From the NCBI RefSeq assembly GCF_964355755.1, contig NC_092672.1, forward strand, positions 12,338,001 through 12,402,000: DNA of 64,000 nt, read 5' to 3'. Below the pieces are notes generated by a model, which saw nothing but the letters and a program-made list of their open reading frames with translations, did not search any database and was not told where the DNA came from. Origin of the DNA: Antedon mediterranea. Lineage: Eukaryota > Animalia > Echinodermata. A program made the translations under genes and the position numbers. This document shows, piece after piece, positions 53,901-64,000 of this stretch; the first letter of the stretch is position 1; each line of letters begins with the position of its first letter.

Positions 53901-56900
53901 AATAATAACTGTTTTTTTCTATACTCAAATAAATTCATTGGGGATGTTTTAGTTGATACATGTATACCATTTAAGCAAACATGGTATACCAACACGTACT
54001 GTCACTATGATCAATCCCATTTTTTTCTTTAACATATGAAACAAAAATATGGACAAAGTCAATGTCTAATTTGAATATGAATCAAATTCTATTTAAAATA
54101 GCATTTAAATAGAACAGATATGTGCAAATAAAGAGAATGAAAGCAATTTCAGTTTATTTAGTGCGTAATCTTTAAGTTTGTGAGCATGAGAAAATACATA
54201 TATTTTCAAATGTCTAAGACAATTTTACAGAATAATAAACAAGAAGATACGAACATACCCTATGCGTTATGTAGTAGTCCAGTTGACCTGCGTAGTCCCA
54301 TATAGTAGTTACGTCACTTGCAATACTTTCTGAATCATCACTTTTTCTTTTTACAAATTTCCTAAACATTTTTCTCAGCCAGCTATTTTTCTGTCTCTTC
54401 TTTTTTATTTTAGCAACAACTTTTCTTTGAATTGAGTCGGGAATTGTCTGATTATCTTTTGGTTGACTCTCTAAATTCAAATAATTACTACACATCAATG
54501 GAGTAGATGTTGACAGATGTATCAATAAAAAAAGAAATTAAATACGTATGTATATTGCACTGGATGGACTGATCTGATTTGTTGTGAGGTAGATATAGTG
54601 AATATATAATGGATGATATTAAGAAAGTGTACAACAAAATGGATAAAAATCAGTCAGAATGATGTACAGAATATTTTGAGATTAGTGGGATGAACGGGTT
54701 GCGAATATTATTGATTGCATTGTATTAAATATATGTCTTATTTGGTTGACCAATGAAAAAACATCACGCTTCCTTGGTGTGGACAACTTTTAGGAATAAA
54801 TATTTCCAGATTGTTTTAAAATAAATGTGACATTAAATATGAAGAAAATCAAACAAATGGTCCAACCTTTTCCGGTGAATTCCCCTGTCAATGACCTGTA
54901 ATCCGGCTCTTTGGAATCCGATGTAGAAGCCACGGCTAAAGGAACTTCCTTTGAAGGTGTTCTTTCTTTCATCTTTGAAGTCATTTCTTCCACTACATCG
55001 TGTTTAGCTATTTGCTGGGTTTGCTTAAATCTCGAGTTTTCTGCCGACGAAAATGTATAACTATAAAACATATTTTATCCTATTAAATTTACCTTACCTT
55101 ACCTATCCTCTTCGGGCCGAGTGTCCTATTAAATTTAGTCAAATTTAATTCAGTACATTAAAGCCTGTTTTCCTGTCGACGTTATTCGACGCTATCGTTA
55201 ACAATAATCAGCGATCTTCTACGTAAACATTGAAATGTTAACGATTTACAGGAAAAGGTACTCGCGACCGTTATCATTTCAACTTGATCGTTTGCAAACG
55301 ATCGTCGTTGAACTTTTAACGATTAACGATGATAGCGTCAGACAGGAAAAAGGCTTTACAGTGCCAACTGCAGTGCGCGCAACTTTTTCGTTCCAGTAAT
55401 TGCACTGCAGATTTCGTACGCGAGTTGCAGTTGTTAATTGTGATTAAAAACTGAATTTTCAGATGAGATAACACGATTTAAGTGATGTGATTTATGAACT
55501 AAGATGAAGCTTTCATTTCTACACATTTTACTGTTTCAACCAGGCAAATCCGACCAGGAGGTATATTAGTGGAGAAAACTTTAAACAAAAACATGCTAAA
55601 AATGATGATGTTTGCACAATTTGGCCGCGTTTCAAGGTGCACAGCGCGCGTGTCCCATCACGGAATAAAATTGATAAATAGAGTTGTGTCGTGTTGCACG
55701 TATATAGGCCTAAATAAATAAAATTGTGTTAGTAATATTATATACTTGAGCACAGGACAATCATTTATTTACCTGTATAAAATTCACTGTTTATACTAGT
55801 AGTATTATTAATACTAGTTGTACTGATTTCTAATCAGTAGGTTAATTTGTATAGCGCAATCGTGCGGGTCCTTTTGGACAGATATGAGAACGTGATAATT
55901 AATTGTTTGTTTAGAGGACATAATAATCAACAAAGTTGTTATGTTGAATTTGAGCTACGATACCGGAACCGGTAATGCTTTGTTATAGATGTTTTTTAGC
56001 TTTAGTTATGATACATTTAATATTCGTGACTCCTTCTTGCTTAGGCAGATTGGCATTATTTAGATGGCGAGGTCGTTTAGACTCGCCGCCTAGAGCATGG
56101 AGGGTTGAAGTGGCATGGCCGGAGCAGGTTGTCATGGGTGTCGCTGTTCTGTGGAGCCCACCTTTATGCCCTCAGTTTGTTTGTTTACATTGTTTATTTA
56201 AATTGTTATTTACTGATTATTATCATTACGTTTACTGATAGCAGAATGATTGTAGAAGTTATGATGTGAACTTTAAGATTACTTTATAGTTATTTAGTCT
56301 ATTTAAGACATGCAGATTTGCATCATGTATCACAGAGTTAGCTGCATGTCACATGAGCCTCTTTCTCACAGATGTGCCTGCAATATACCGGTACAGTGCT
56401 GGCGTCGTGCCGGTATCGTTACCGGCATATACCCATTCTCATCGGACTATCGTGCCGGAAATATAACCGGTATATACCGGCTTTCTGTGAGAAAGGAGTC
56501 GGGCATATTCGGCCAATAAAAAGTCTCTGACAAAATAAATATTGAGGGCGTCCTTTATTGTTATTGTTTTTGTCTAGCGATGATATGGCGGCGAATGTTA
56601 AGTTACAGATTATTATCTTCCTTTATAGCATATTTATGCAATACATGCTTTGTACAGTATATTGTGCTTATATTATACAGGTATAGCAATTAATTTGCCG
56701 TCATCGGCAATCTGTAAAACACCTTAGAAGGCTGTAGGCCTACAATTTACAAGGCGACGAAAGGTCAGGCACCAACAAACAAAGAGCTATATGGCTGGCC
56801 TAGCCTAGCGGCCTATATAGATTATGCTACGAATTTCTTCTTGTCCCCTTATTTTAAGCAGCTCTCTTATCTCATTATCCCTCCAGTTCGACATTATTAT

Positions 56901-59900
56901 TGTTAATTGAATTGAATAGGCGCCAAAGTGATACACTTGACTGCGCAAGGTGTCAAAGCCTCGACGGGGAACCCCGGAATATAACGGCAATACGTTCTCA
57001 CAGAATGCCCGTCTGGCATTGCGGGGAATATCCCTAGAATATTACTAGGTCTAAAGCAGGTCATGTCGATGCCGGCATGGTGCCGGCATGATGCCAAGAC
57101 GACCCGTTCTCACAGAAAACCATACCGGCATGGTAATGGTATATTCCCGCAATATTCCTGGCACACAACTCTGTGAGAAAGGGGCTATGGTGTGTTGTGC
57201 ACATCTGAGCGGTCGTTCCGCTTGACGAAGCATAGATTACGTCATATACTGTATGGTTGAGATACGTCATTGTTCTCTTCCTAAGATTTAATGTTGTATT
57301 TACCTCAGTTTGAGGTTGTATTTGCTGATTGCTATTACTTGTTTGTTTTCAGTAATTTACGGCTAGAGGCTAGAGGCTAGAGATTAGAGGTTAGAGATAT
57401 ATGAAGAAATAAAGGCTGTAATACAGCATAAATGAGCCAGTAAATTCGTCGGTAGCGTTTCATTCTTAAGTACGTGTACTTACACTAGTACTAGTACTTA
57501 TACTATATTCATAATTCGAAGCTTTTGCTTCATAAAACATGCAACATTCCTACGAAGTGCGCAAATGTGGGTGAGTGGCCGAGCGGTTAAGACAGTGGAA
57601 CCGTAATCACGTAGCCATAACATCGGCAGGGGTTCGAGGCTCACTCACTCCATGGTTCTGGTGGTAGAACGAGTCTTCTCGGATAAGGACTATAAACCGT
57701 AGGTCCAGTGTACACAACTTGCTCGTGTGCACTTTAAAGAACCTAGTACATCTTTCGAGACGAGTAGGGGGTTACCCCGGTGTATTAGTACATCACAGCC
57801 ACTGATCACCAACTGGGCCCTCTGGGAGACCAGTCTTTGACTGAAGAGGTTACCCAGTATAAATATATCGTCGTCGGCATCACGAAGTGACACTAACCTA
57901 AAAATCTGGAATTTTTGAAAAAAATTTTTCTTCTATATTTTGATTATGTATATCAAACTCTATGTTTTCACAAAATTTTAACATTCAAATATCATTAATT
58001 AACTAATTACATTAATTAGACAATATCAAAAAACACCATCATATGGAATTTGCGTTTTTACGAAGTGACACTAAATATTAAATACCCGTATGTGCTGCTT
58101 GCGAGCGCCACACTGGTAATGAATTTTGCGCGTTTGTTTACTGTTTTGGCCTAGCCTACAGCCTAGCTAGGAGGATCTGGACGCACACTCCACAACATTG
58201 CATTTCATCAAGAAAGACGTTAAGTTAATTAGTCTATTTAAAGAATTTTAGTCTGCTCATGTATTCCTCATGTCGAGGCCTATTATATATTTATTTTATA
58301 ATTAATATAAAACAGTAATTTGACACACTTTATTTAGCCTACTACTAGCTAGGCATAGTAGGTAGGCCTATTACTTTACTGTGACGTTTAGGCATAGCTA
58401 GCTTGCCCAGATCTACCTAGGTTAGCATCTGGCCTGGCGTACATTATTCGGTTAGTAGGCCTAGTTAGTTAGGTCCTCTAAGCCTAGCCTAGGCCTAACA
58501 AACTAGAGTATGCGTATGCCCAGGGAATAGTAGTAGTAGTAGTACTACTACTTGGCTAGAGTAGACTCTTTAGCTAGGCTAAACTACTCTGCTTGATTTT
58601 TAACAATAAGAAATCACTGTTATTTTTAAAATGTTTTTTTTTTTTCAGAACAGTTTCAAGAAAATAAGATAAGGGGGAACAACCGAATTTCGATCAACAA
58701 GCAATCTATCTACATCAATTTAAGGGAGAAGGTATCAAGTTCAAGGTTTAAAAATGGGGGAGGTGTATGTAGGCAGCCTGTAGCAAGTGTTTATGTTATA
58801 TGAGCATTTTAGATGATGTTTACATCACAGAACAATGGATTGAATAAATTAAAAAGCACACTGGTAATAGAAAAAAAATAATGTAACGACATTGATTAAG
58901 TATTTAATGATTTATAACAATAGAGAATAATTTTTGATATAAATTAATACTGGCTGAAATACCAATTGTAATACTGAATTATTAATCGTTCAATGTTGAA
59001 AAAATAAATAATATTAATAATATGGAGAAAAAAATATGAATATGTACATTATGCTTACTGTACATTCCAGATAGGCCTATTTATTTATCTATGTAATTTG
59101 ATGTTTTTATTAAAAGTGTTAAAGTAGGTCAAACTATGTTTTTAGATTTATTTGATGTGGTTGTTTCATTTATAAATAACCTAACCCTTTCTGCACTATC
59201 AAACTAGGTTGACAAAAAAAGTTTGATGTGCCAAAATATGGAGTGATATTATGCCATTGTGTCCATATAAGCACATCAAATTAATGTTGGTCACATCAGG
59301 GAAGAGTTAACTCTTCCCTGGTCACATTAAGTTTGATTTTATTTATTTCAACAATATTTACTAGGGTGGTCCTTCCAGTCGAAGGTGATCATTAGATAGA
59401 GAGAACCTCACAAAAATGCAATTTGATAAGACAATAACATACAACAATTAAAAATTAAATAAAAATAAAAAGAATTTATGAAAACTAACAAACTAAAATA
59501 ATGGAAAAATGAATAGAATCAAAAGGGAAATCAATGAAAACAATACATTAAATGGCCATCTCAGAGGAGATGGCCATGTAATAAATAAGAAAGAGATGGT
59601 TCTTGAGCAAAAATTTGATGGAAATGGAAGATGAAGCAAGTCGGATAGTGCAGGCAGGGCTTAAAGGAGACATGCATGTTTGTAATGTATATATAATAGT
59701 GTTCACTTATCAAGGACCATACATAATTGTTATGATGTAAGATCATTGCATTGGAAAGCTATGAATTACACAGTAGTGTCACTTCCAACGCACTAGAAAT
59801 ACGCGGTGAAATCGAATTTGCGGTTTCACGAAGTGACACTAACTGCGTTAGTGTCACTTCGTAAGCGTAAATTACGTAGGGAAATGAATTTTTCGGTTTC

Positions 59901-62900
59901 ACGAAGTGACACTAAAGTTTAACTTTAATTTACTTGGTAATTAATTAATATGATTAAAATTAAATTAAAGTAATGGGTAGCTTGATTGTCTAACTTTGTA
60001 TGTATGTAAATTAAAAATCTTAGTGACAATTTTTTGAGGACGAAATCGTGTGTTTTGTGAAGCTCGTTTCTTCAATCGCGTTTTTCTCGAAACGCTGTTT
60101 TTATCAATCACGCGGTTAGTGTCACTTCGTGGTGTCGACGACGATATATTTCAATTTCATTTCAATGTTGTGTTTATTTGCGTCAGCATGTTTAATATAC
60201 ATTATTTACATTAAATTGGTTTATTTACCCTTCACAGAGCCTAAACAATTAACTATAATAATATTATAATAACAATTATTTATTTTCATTTTGTTTTCTC
60301 AAATTAATCTGTTGTTATTCGCGTGATGTCATAGTATAGTGATTAAAATGCGAAACGACCGAACATTATTTATGCAAAATTGTCAGATGCATGATCGTCA
60401 ATACTTTTATATACTGATGTTTATTCGAACACATTATTAAATAATGAAATAATCAAACCTTCCACTGAAGACATAGAGTCAGAAGATATAGAACCTTCGG
60501 AATCAGATATCGAAGAAGTTGAAACTGCACCCTGTAAATGGAGTTTGGTTTCAGTTGACGTAATTTTTTCTATCTGTGTTTTGATTTGTTCAGGCGTTTT
60601 CGGGGATGTTCCTGCAATTTATTCAAATATATTTTGAGACAATATATATAATATATATATTGAGATGGCTAAAATGTCACTATTAAGTCTGTTTCTTAAC
60701 TTGATTCCATTATATATCACCAATACACTTTATTTAGTAACCATTAAAACAATTTATAATAAAAAAAATGTGATTTATATTCACCATACCTGTTTTGTCT
60801 AGAACCAAGGAACAGTTTGTTGATGATTCAAGTATGGAATAATATTTAGATGTTGACATATTTGTCCTTCCTTTACCTTCATTCATTTGTTCATTTGTTA
60901 CCTGTGTTGCAATTTTTTCTGCAAGTGCATCTTCCCGTATTTTCTTGTTGAGCTCTATAGCTGTAAAAAAAAAGGCAAATTATAGAGATAAATTAAAATA
61001 CTAAAATTAAAGAAATAAGATATATCAAATCATCATCATCACCTGTAAATACAATAAATATGTAGGTCATTTAAGTAACTATAGATCAAAATGCAATTTT
61101 AAGTTTTTAATAAAAATATTATTTCCAATGTAACTTACCGGTACGTTTTTACCTTTATTATGATACTAATTAAACTATATACACAAATTGGTCAAAGCAG
61201 GCAATTATGCGTTTGTTAAACGAAGAAAGAGAGAATTTCTCTCTTTTGTTGGGACAGCCCACTTTGAACGAATAGTATAAGTCATTTGGTATAATGGTTA
61301 AATTTTTCTTTTCAAACTTACCGTCAATATCTTCCTTCTTCCACTTGTCACAGTCTTTTCCAATTGCTTGAAACAATGTCGTTGTAATAACAATACCATC
61401 AGTAGATGGTTCGTTAGATTTAAATCTATAATAATGAATAATGAACTCCAAAAGGTCGGATTTAAAGAATGTAGAATGTATCCAATAGTTCATCTTAATT
61501 ATGTAAATATTAATACATTTAAAATAAAAACGAAGTGAAGATCACAAGTAAATAAGCAAATGCGTCATACTTCTTGGAGATATAAAAAAAACTGCAAACT
61601 TTCAGCAGCAGCAGTTGCTTATCATCAGTAGCGTCGTCTTCGTTTGCGCCATCATCATCACCGTCATTGTCATCATAATCATCATCATCACCATCTTCAT
61701 CGTCATCATTATTATTATTATTCGGAAAGAAATGAAAACCCGTTACTTAAAGACAAAACTTCAGGTATCAACTATTTATAGTACTAGATGGTACGCTCGC
61801 TTCGCTCGCGTACCATCTAGGTCGTGCCCACAGATGGTTCTCGAATACACAGTAATTTCAGCGTAACAAAACTGGCGATTTCAAATGTACATTCCGCAGG
61901 ACTATAATACATTGTCGTTTACAGAAACGAATAAATAGACACGATGATTTATGTAGTCAACTAAGATTAGCATCCTGGAAATTACTTCCGAAGGAGAAAC
62001 TTATCACAAAATGAGTCCAAATTTTTGATTTGGACTCATTTAAAGAAAACCCAATTTGCGTTTTGTATGTAATATTAGGGTCGAGGGATGGGAAAGCGGA
62101 TAGGTACAAAGAGGAACAATTTTTAAATATATTCTTTATCCACTCAGTAACAAAATATTTTTTTATGTTTTATACGCCTATAAATAATATACCTTTAAAT
62201 ACAATAAAACATTTGCGATTTAATACTTTGTTAAAACTGTCACTGTCATAATCGATTGAAATATTAAAGTACATGTTACGATACACCACTACGACCTTTA
62301 TATTGTTGGTAATTATTAATTAATACAAACAGTAGAGCCTATCCACAATCTCAGTAATAACGTTTTTTTGTATATATTTTTATATTACATCTAACAGTAC
62401 GAACATTCACAGTAAGAAATGTTCGATTCAAATGAGGACCAAAAATAATTAATTACAGTATTGCAAGTTTATTCTCAAAGGGCCCATATATTTACCTACC
62501 GTATATGTAAACCTAGGGCTCATAAATTTACCTACTTGTGTTAAATCAAACTCTGGCAGACTGAGAGATTGGGATGTTCCATTAATCGCAATCAATACAT
62601 TTGTATAATCGTATATTAAATCTATCAAAATAGTATTTTTTAAAGAAAATCGGCCTGTCTTCAACATTATGATGCTGTACTCTAGCTGTTCAACCGGTTT
62701 TCACCTATTAAAAACAATTATCGTAGGAGGAGATAGGAAAATGCGAAGCCTCCTCGCATTTTTGTGGCGGGTATTTTTCAAGATGAACATCCATTAGGCA
62801 GTGTATACCACGATCGGAAAACACCCCTATTTGAGGCAAATCGTTGAACCTAAATTCGTTTTAATCGTCAATAACTAATTATCTAATTTAATTTAATTAG

Positions 62901-63562
62901 TAAATAGGGTTACATCAGGTGGTTAAAATCAGTACCGAAAGTACGAACCAACTTTATTTACCATCGAGTAAAAATTCTAGAAGTAAGGCGCGATTTACTG
63001 AATTTTGCCCTTACGTAAATTTATATATAGAAGAATCTCACTAATGCCAATTTCTGTATTTTAATGAATAATTATATTACAATAGTCTACAATCACTGCA
63101 CCAAACTTACTATAAACAAGAAAACCAAATAATAACTCTATAAATGTTGTCATATTGCATTAGAGCTCCTCTAATGTTTTTAAATGGTTCAAAGAACAAA
63201 ATATTGATTCTAATATATTTTCTGATAAGGAATGTTTTGTCATGACTGTTATAGAGAACATGTATACATGATTTGAAATATATGAGCACTTCATCTATTG
63301 TAATGGTAAAAACACTATTTAACTTGTATTAAAAATGCTGTATATTGATGAAGATCATAATATATTTTATTGGTGCATGTTATAAAATATCTTTGTTATT
63401 ATTACCTTTGTCCAAGCATGGCCTTTACACAGCTAGTTTTGCCGGCACCTTCTTTCCCGAGAAACATACATCTTGAATTTACAACTGCAATCTCACCATT
63501 TTCAAGTTCATTTTGAAATGATTTAATGGCTCTCTCTCCTCTAGCTAATATTTCTATTGGAA
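47465..63562 (-). CDS. Roco-family gene (ROC GTPase - COR - tandem death-effector-like domains), 17 exons in window, about 1080 aa, 5' end outside the window
   Basis: All GT-AG, phase-compatible exons: 63562-63406, 61425-61322, 60960-60790, 60611-60459, 55040-54867, 54470-54259, 53880-53641, 53186-52995, 52783-52538, 51890-51696, 51592-51446, 50817-50515, 49876-49772, 49682-49478, 49306-49229, 48671-48633, 47994-47465. Motifs: GKEGAGKTS, STDGI, WDYAGQ, VATHMD, VPLKW, YLNDIG. Confidence 0.88.
48633..48671 (-). CDS. Roco linker micro-exon
   Basis: 39 nt, phase 1-1; ttttcag| ... |gtagct. Confidence 0.55.
49229..49306 (-). CDS. Roco linker exon
   Basis: 78 nt, phase 1-1; tttttacag| ... |gtaagt. 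Confidence 0.7.
49478..49682 (-). CDS. Roco exon: Cys/His-rich end of COR
   Basis: VLCTFC..HHLH..CL..VECG; ttttag| ... |gtacgt. Confidence 0.8.
49772..49876 (-). CDS. Roco exon
   Basis: 105 nt open, phase 0-0; ttttaacag| ... |gtaatg. Confidence 0.75.
50180..50220 (-). ncRNA. Minimal type I hammerhead-ribozyme-like motif, second copy (sense to the Roco pre-mRNA)
   Basis: Exact reverse complement of 50373-50413. Confidence 0.6.
50373..50413 (+). ncRNA. Minimal type I hammerhead-ribozyme-like motif (G3-C8 variant)
   Basis: ttgc GTGACCA a ggctac-tgaaa-gtagct GAA ACGT A gcaa: stem I, core, stem II, GAAA, palindromic stem III, GUA site. Confidence 0.6.
50515..50817 (-). CDS. Roco exon: COR C-terminal subdomain
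   Basis: VFLVPCRM..FLPDAVYHTLV; 303 nt, phase 0-0. Confidence 0.85.
51446..51592 (-). CDS. Roco exon: COR domain
   Basis: LWNKLSQKGILEEKLLRYLW..MKEFRLL. Confidence 0.85.
51696..51890 (-). CDS. Roco exon: COR domain
   Basis: ALTYLNDIGAIMY..LENTVITNIQ..KVIT; 195 nt, phase 0-0. Confidence 0.85.
52538..52783 (-). CDS. Roco exon: ROC end / COR start
   Basis: MVDNT..GIKQLR..VPLKWLDLQ. Confidence 0.87.
52995..53186 (-). CDS. Roco exon: G4 region (PPICLVATHMD)
   Basis: FWIRSIY..PPICLVATHMDKL; canonical splice sites. Confidence 0.87.
53641..53880 (-). CDS. Roco exon with an in-frame tandem repeat
   Basis: FFLTNRVSYCVAFN followed by five NLD..PA..R units; tttag| ... |gtaagt. Confidence 0.82.
54259..54470 (-). 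CDS. Roco exon: switch II (WDYAGQ..YYITH)
   Basis: ROC G3 motif; aatttag| ... |gtatgt. Confidence 0.88.
54867..55040 (-). CDS. Roco exon: insertion within ROC
   Basis: 174 nt inside ORF 54790-55071, phase 1-1. Confidence 0.68.
55162..55355. mobile_element. Small Harbinger-like MITE
   Basis: AGCCTGTTTTCCTGTC ... GACAGGAAAAAGGCT imperfect TIR with TAA/TTA flanks. Confidence 0.55.
56356..57186 (-). mobile_element. Internally deleted PIF/Harbinger transposon
   Basis: ATG|AGCCTCTTTCTCACAGA ... TCTGTGAGAAAGGGGCT|ATG (3-bp TSD). Retains MSNWRDNEIRELLKIRGQEEIR (Myb/SANT-like start, 56894-56825). Confidence 0.78.
57566..57868 (+). mobile_element. tRNA-derived SINE with a Deu/Nin-type central domain; tail resumes at about 60148
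   Basis: A box TGGCCGAGCGG, B-box-like GGTTCGAGGC, central GTCTTCTCGGATAAGGACTATAAACCG..TTAAAGAACC..GAGTAGGGGGTTACCCCGGTGT resembling the DeuSINE conserved domain, and an (ATTTC)n tail after the nested element. Confidence 0.78.
57869..60143. mobile_element. Non-autonomous TIR transposon with ATAT target duplication (Sola-like)
   Basis: ATAT|CGTCGTCGGCATCACGAAGTGACACTAACC ... GGTTAGTGTCACTTCGTGGTGTCGACGACG|ATAT, with several subterminal copies of CGAAGTGACACTAA. Confidence 0.78.
60459..60611 (-). CDS. Roco exon: Ser/Thr-rich insertion within ROC
   Basis: 153 nt open, phase 1-1; ttgcag| ... |gtttga. Confidence 0.7.
60790..60960 (-). CDS. Roco exon: insertion within ROC
   Basis: 171 nt open, phase 1-1; tttttacag| ... 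|gtatgg. Confidence 0.75.
61322..61425 (-). CDS. Roco exon: switch I (STDGI)
   Basis: FKSNEPSTDGIVITTT..; ttatag| ... |gtaagt; phase 2 to 1. Confidence 0.85.
61620..61722. repeat. (ATC)n/(ATT)n microsatellite
   Basis: Imperfect trinucleotide run; explains the poly-Ile ORF 61615-61866. Confidence 0.8.
61784..63031 (-). mobile_element. Non-autonomous Helitron
   Basis: Minus strand 5' TCTATATATAAATTTACG at 63031; 3' CTAGATGGTACGCGAGCGAAGCGAGCGTACCATCTAG|T hairpin end at 61784. Confidence 0.8.
63406..63562 (-). CDS. Roco exon: pre-ROC helix and P-loop
   Basis: PIEILARGERAIKSFQNELENGEIAVVNSRCMFLGKEGAGKTSCVKAMLGQ; aatttag| ... |gtaat. Confidence 0.88.
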
Positions 63563-63931
63563 CTAAATTGCAATTAAAATAAATGTAAAATATACAAAAA
63601 CAACTGTACTAATACAAATATTTTACACTTAAGAATCAATTCAACGTCATAGTTTTAAAAATGTCATTATGACAGCTCATCTTCGTCACATTGATACAGT
63701 TCAAATGTTCAGTACAATGTTCAATGTGTGTCATTAGTAATACACAGTTTAATATTCATGATGCAAAACTCAATCAAGTGTATTAATACAAACTTACTGT
63801 CAAATAACTTCAGTATCTTATTTTTATTCTCTTTGGAGATAAAATTATTACTCTTCAAAACAGATGCTGGTGTTTGTCCTTGCTATACAAAAAAAAATGT
63901 ATTAAAGTATTATCCACTGCTACTTTACTAA

Positions 63932-64000
63932 TCTATATATAAATTTACGTAAGGGCAAAATTCGGTAAATCGCGCCTTACTTCTAGAATTTTCACTCGAT
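63932..64000 (+). mobile_element. 5' end of another copy of the same Helitron family (runs off the window)
   Basis: A|TCTATATATAAATTTACGTAAGGGCAAAATTC.. is a near-exact reverse complement of 62963-63031. Confidence 0.78.

Noticed and set aside
57304-57362. Possible extra Roco exon ending GAG|gtaaat
   Set aside because: No acceptor gives a stop-free, phase-compatible frame.
57360-57396. Telomere-like repeats
   Set aside because: Only a few GGCTAGA/TTAGAG 7-mers, not TTAGGG tracts.
57568-57650. tRNA gene
   Set aside because: Head of a SINE with an irregular anticodon/variable region.
61615-61866. Hydrophobic membrane-peptide ORF
   Set aside because: Product of an (ATC)n/(ATT)n microsatellite running into a Helitron end.

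Overview
AT-rich, intron-rich animal genomic DNA. A DeuSINE/Nin-type SINE and a Roco gene with tandem death-effector-like domains suggest an invertebrate deuterostome such as an echinoderm (inference only). From left to right: (1) the 5' part of a Gmr1-like Ty3/gypsy LTR retrotransposon on the minus strand (LTR 3690-4982, tRNA-Pro PBS, gag-protease, then a frameshifted integrase-before-RT pol running off the window); (2) a 20-kb patchwork of nested non-autonomous DNA transposons (Sola-, Kolobok-, piggyBac-, Harbinger-like, Helitron, HINE) inside two large inverted duplications, plus the first coding exons of a minus-strand gene; (3) an 18.7-kb array of about 260 copies of a 71-bp unit, with higher-order block duplications and one SINE insertion. 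It starts just downstream of an ATG in a promoter-like region, and on the minus strand each unit reads like AG|51-nt open exon|GT; (4) 17 phase-compatible exons of an apparently intact, kinase-less ROC-COR-tandem DED gene on the minus strand (5' end outside the window). Its introns carry an inverted pair of Penelope-type minimal hammerhead-ribozyme motifs, a deleted Harbinger, a DeuSINE interrupted by a Sola-like element, and two Helitrons. All calls were made by eye, without database searches.
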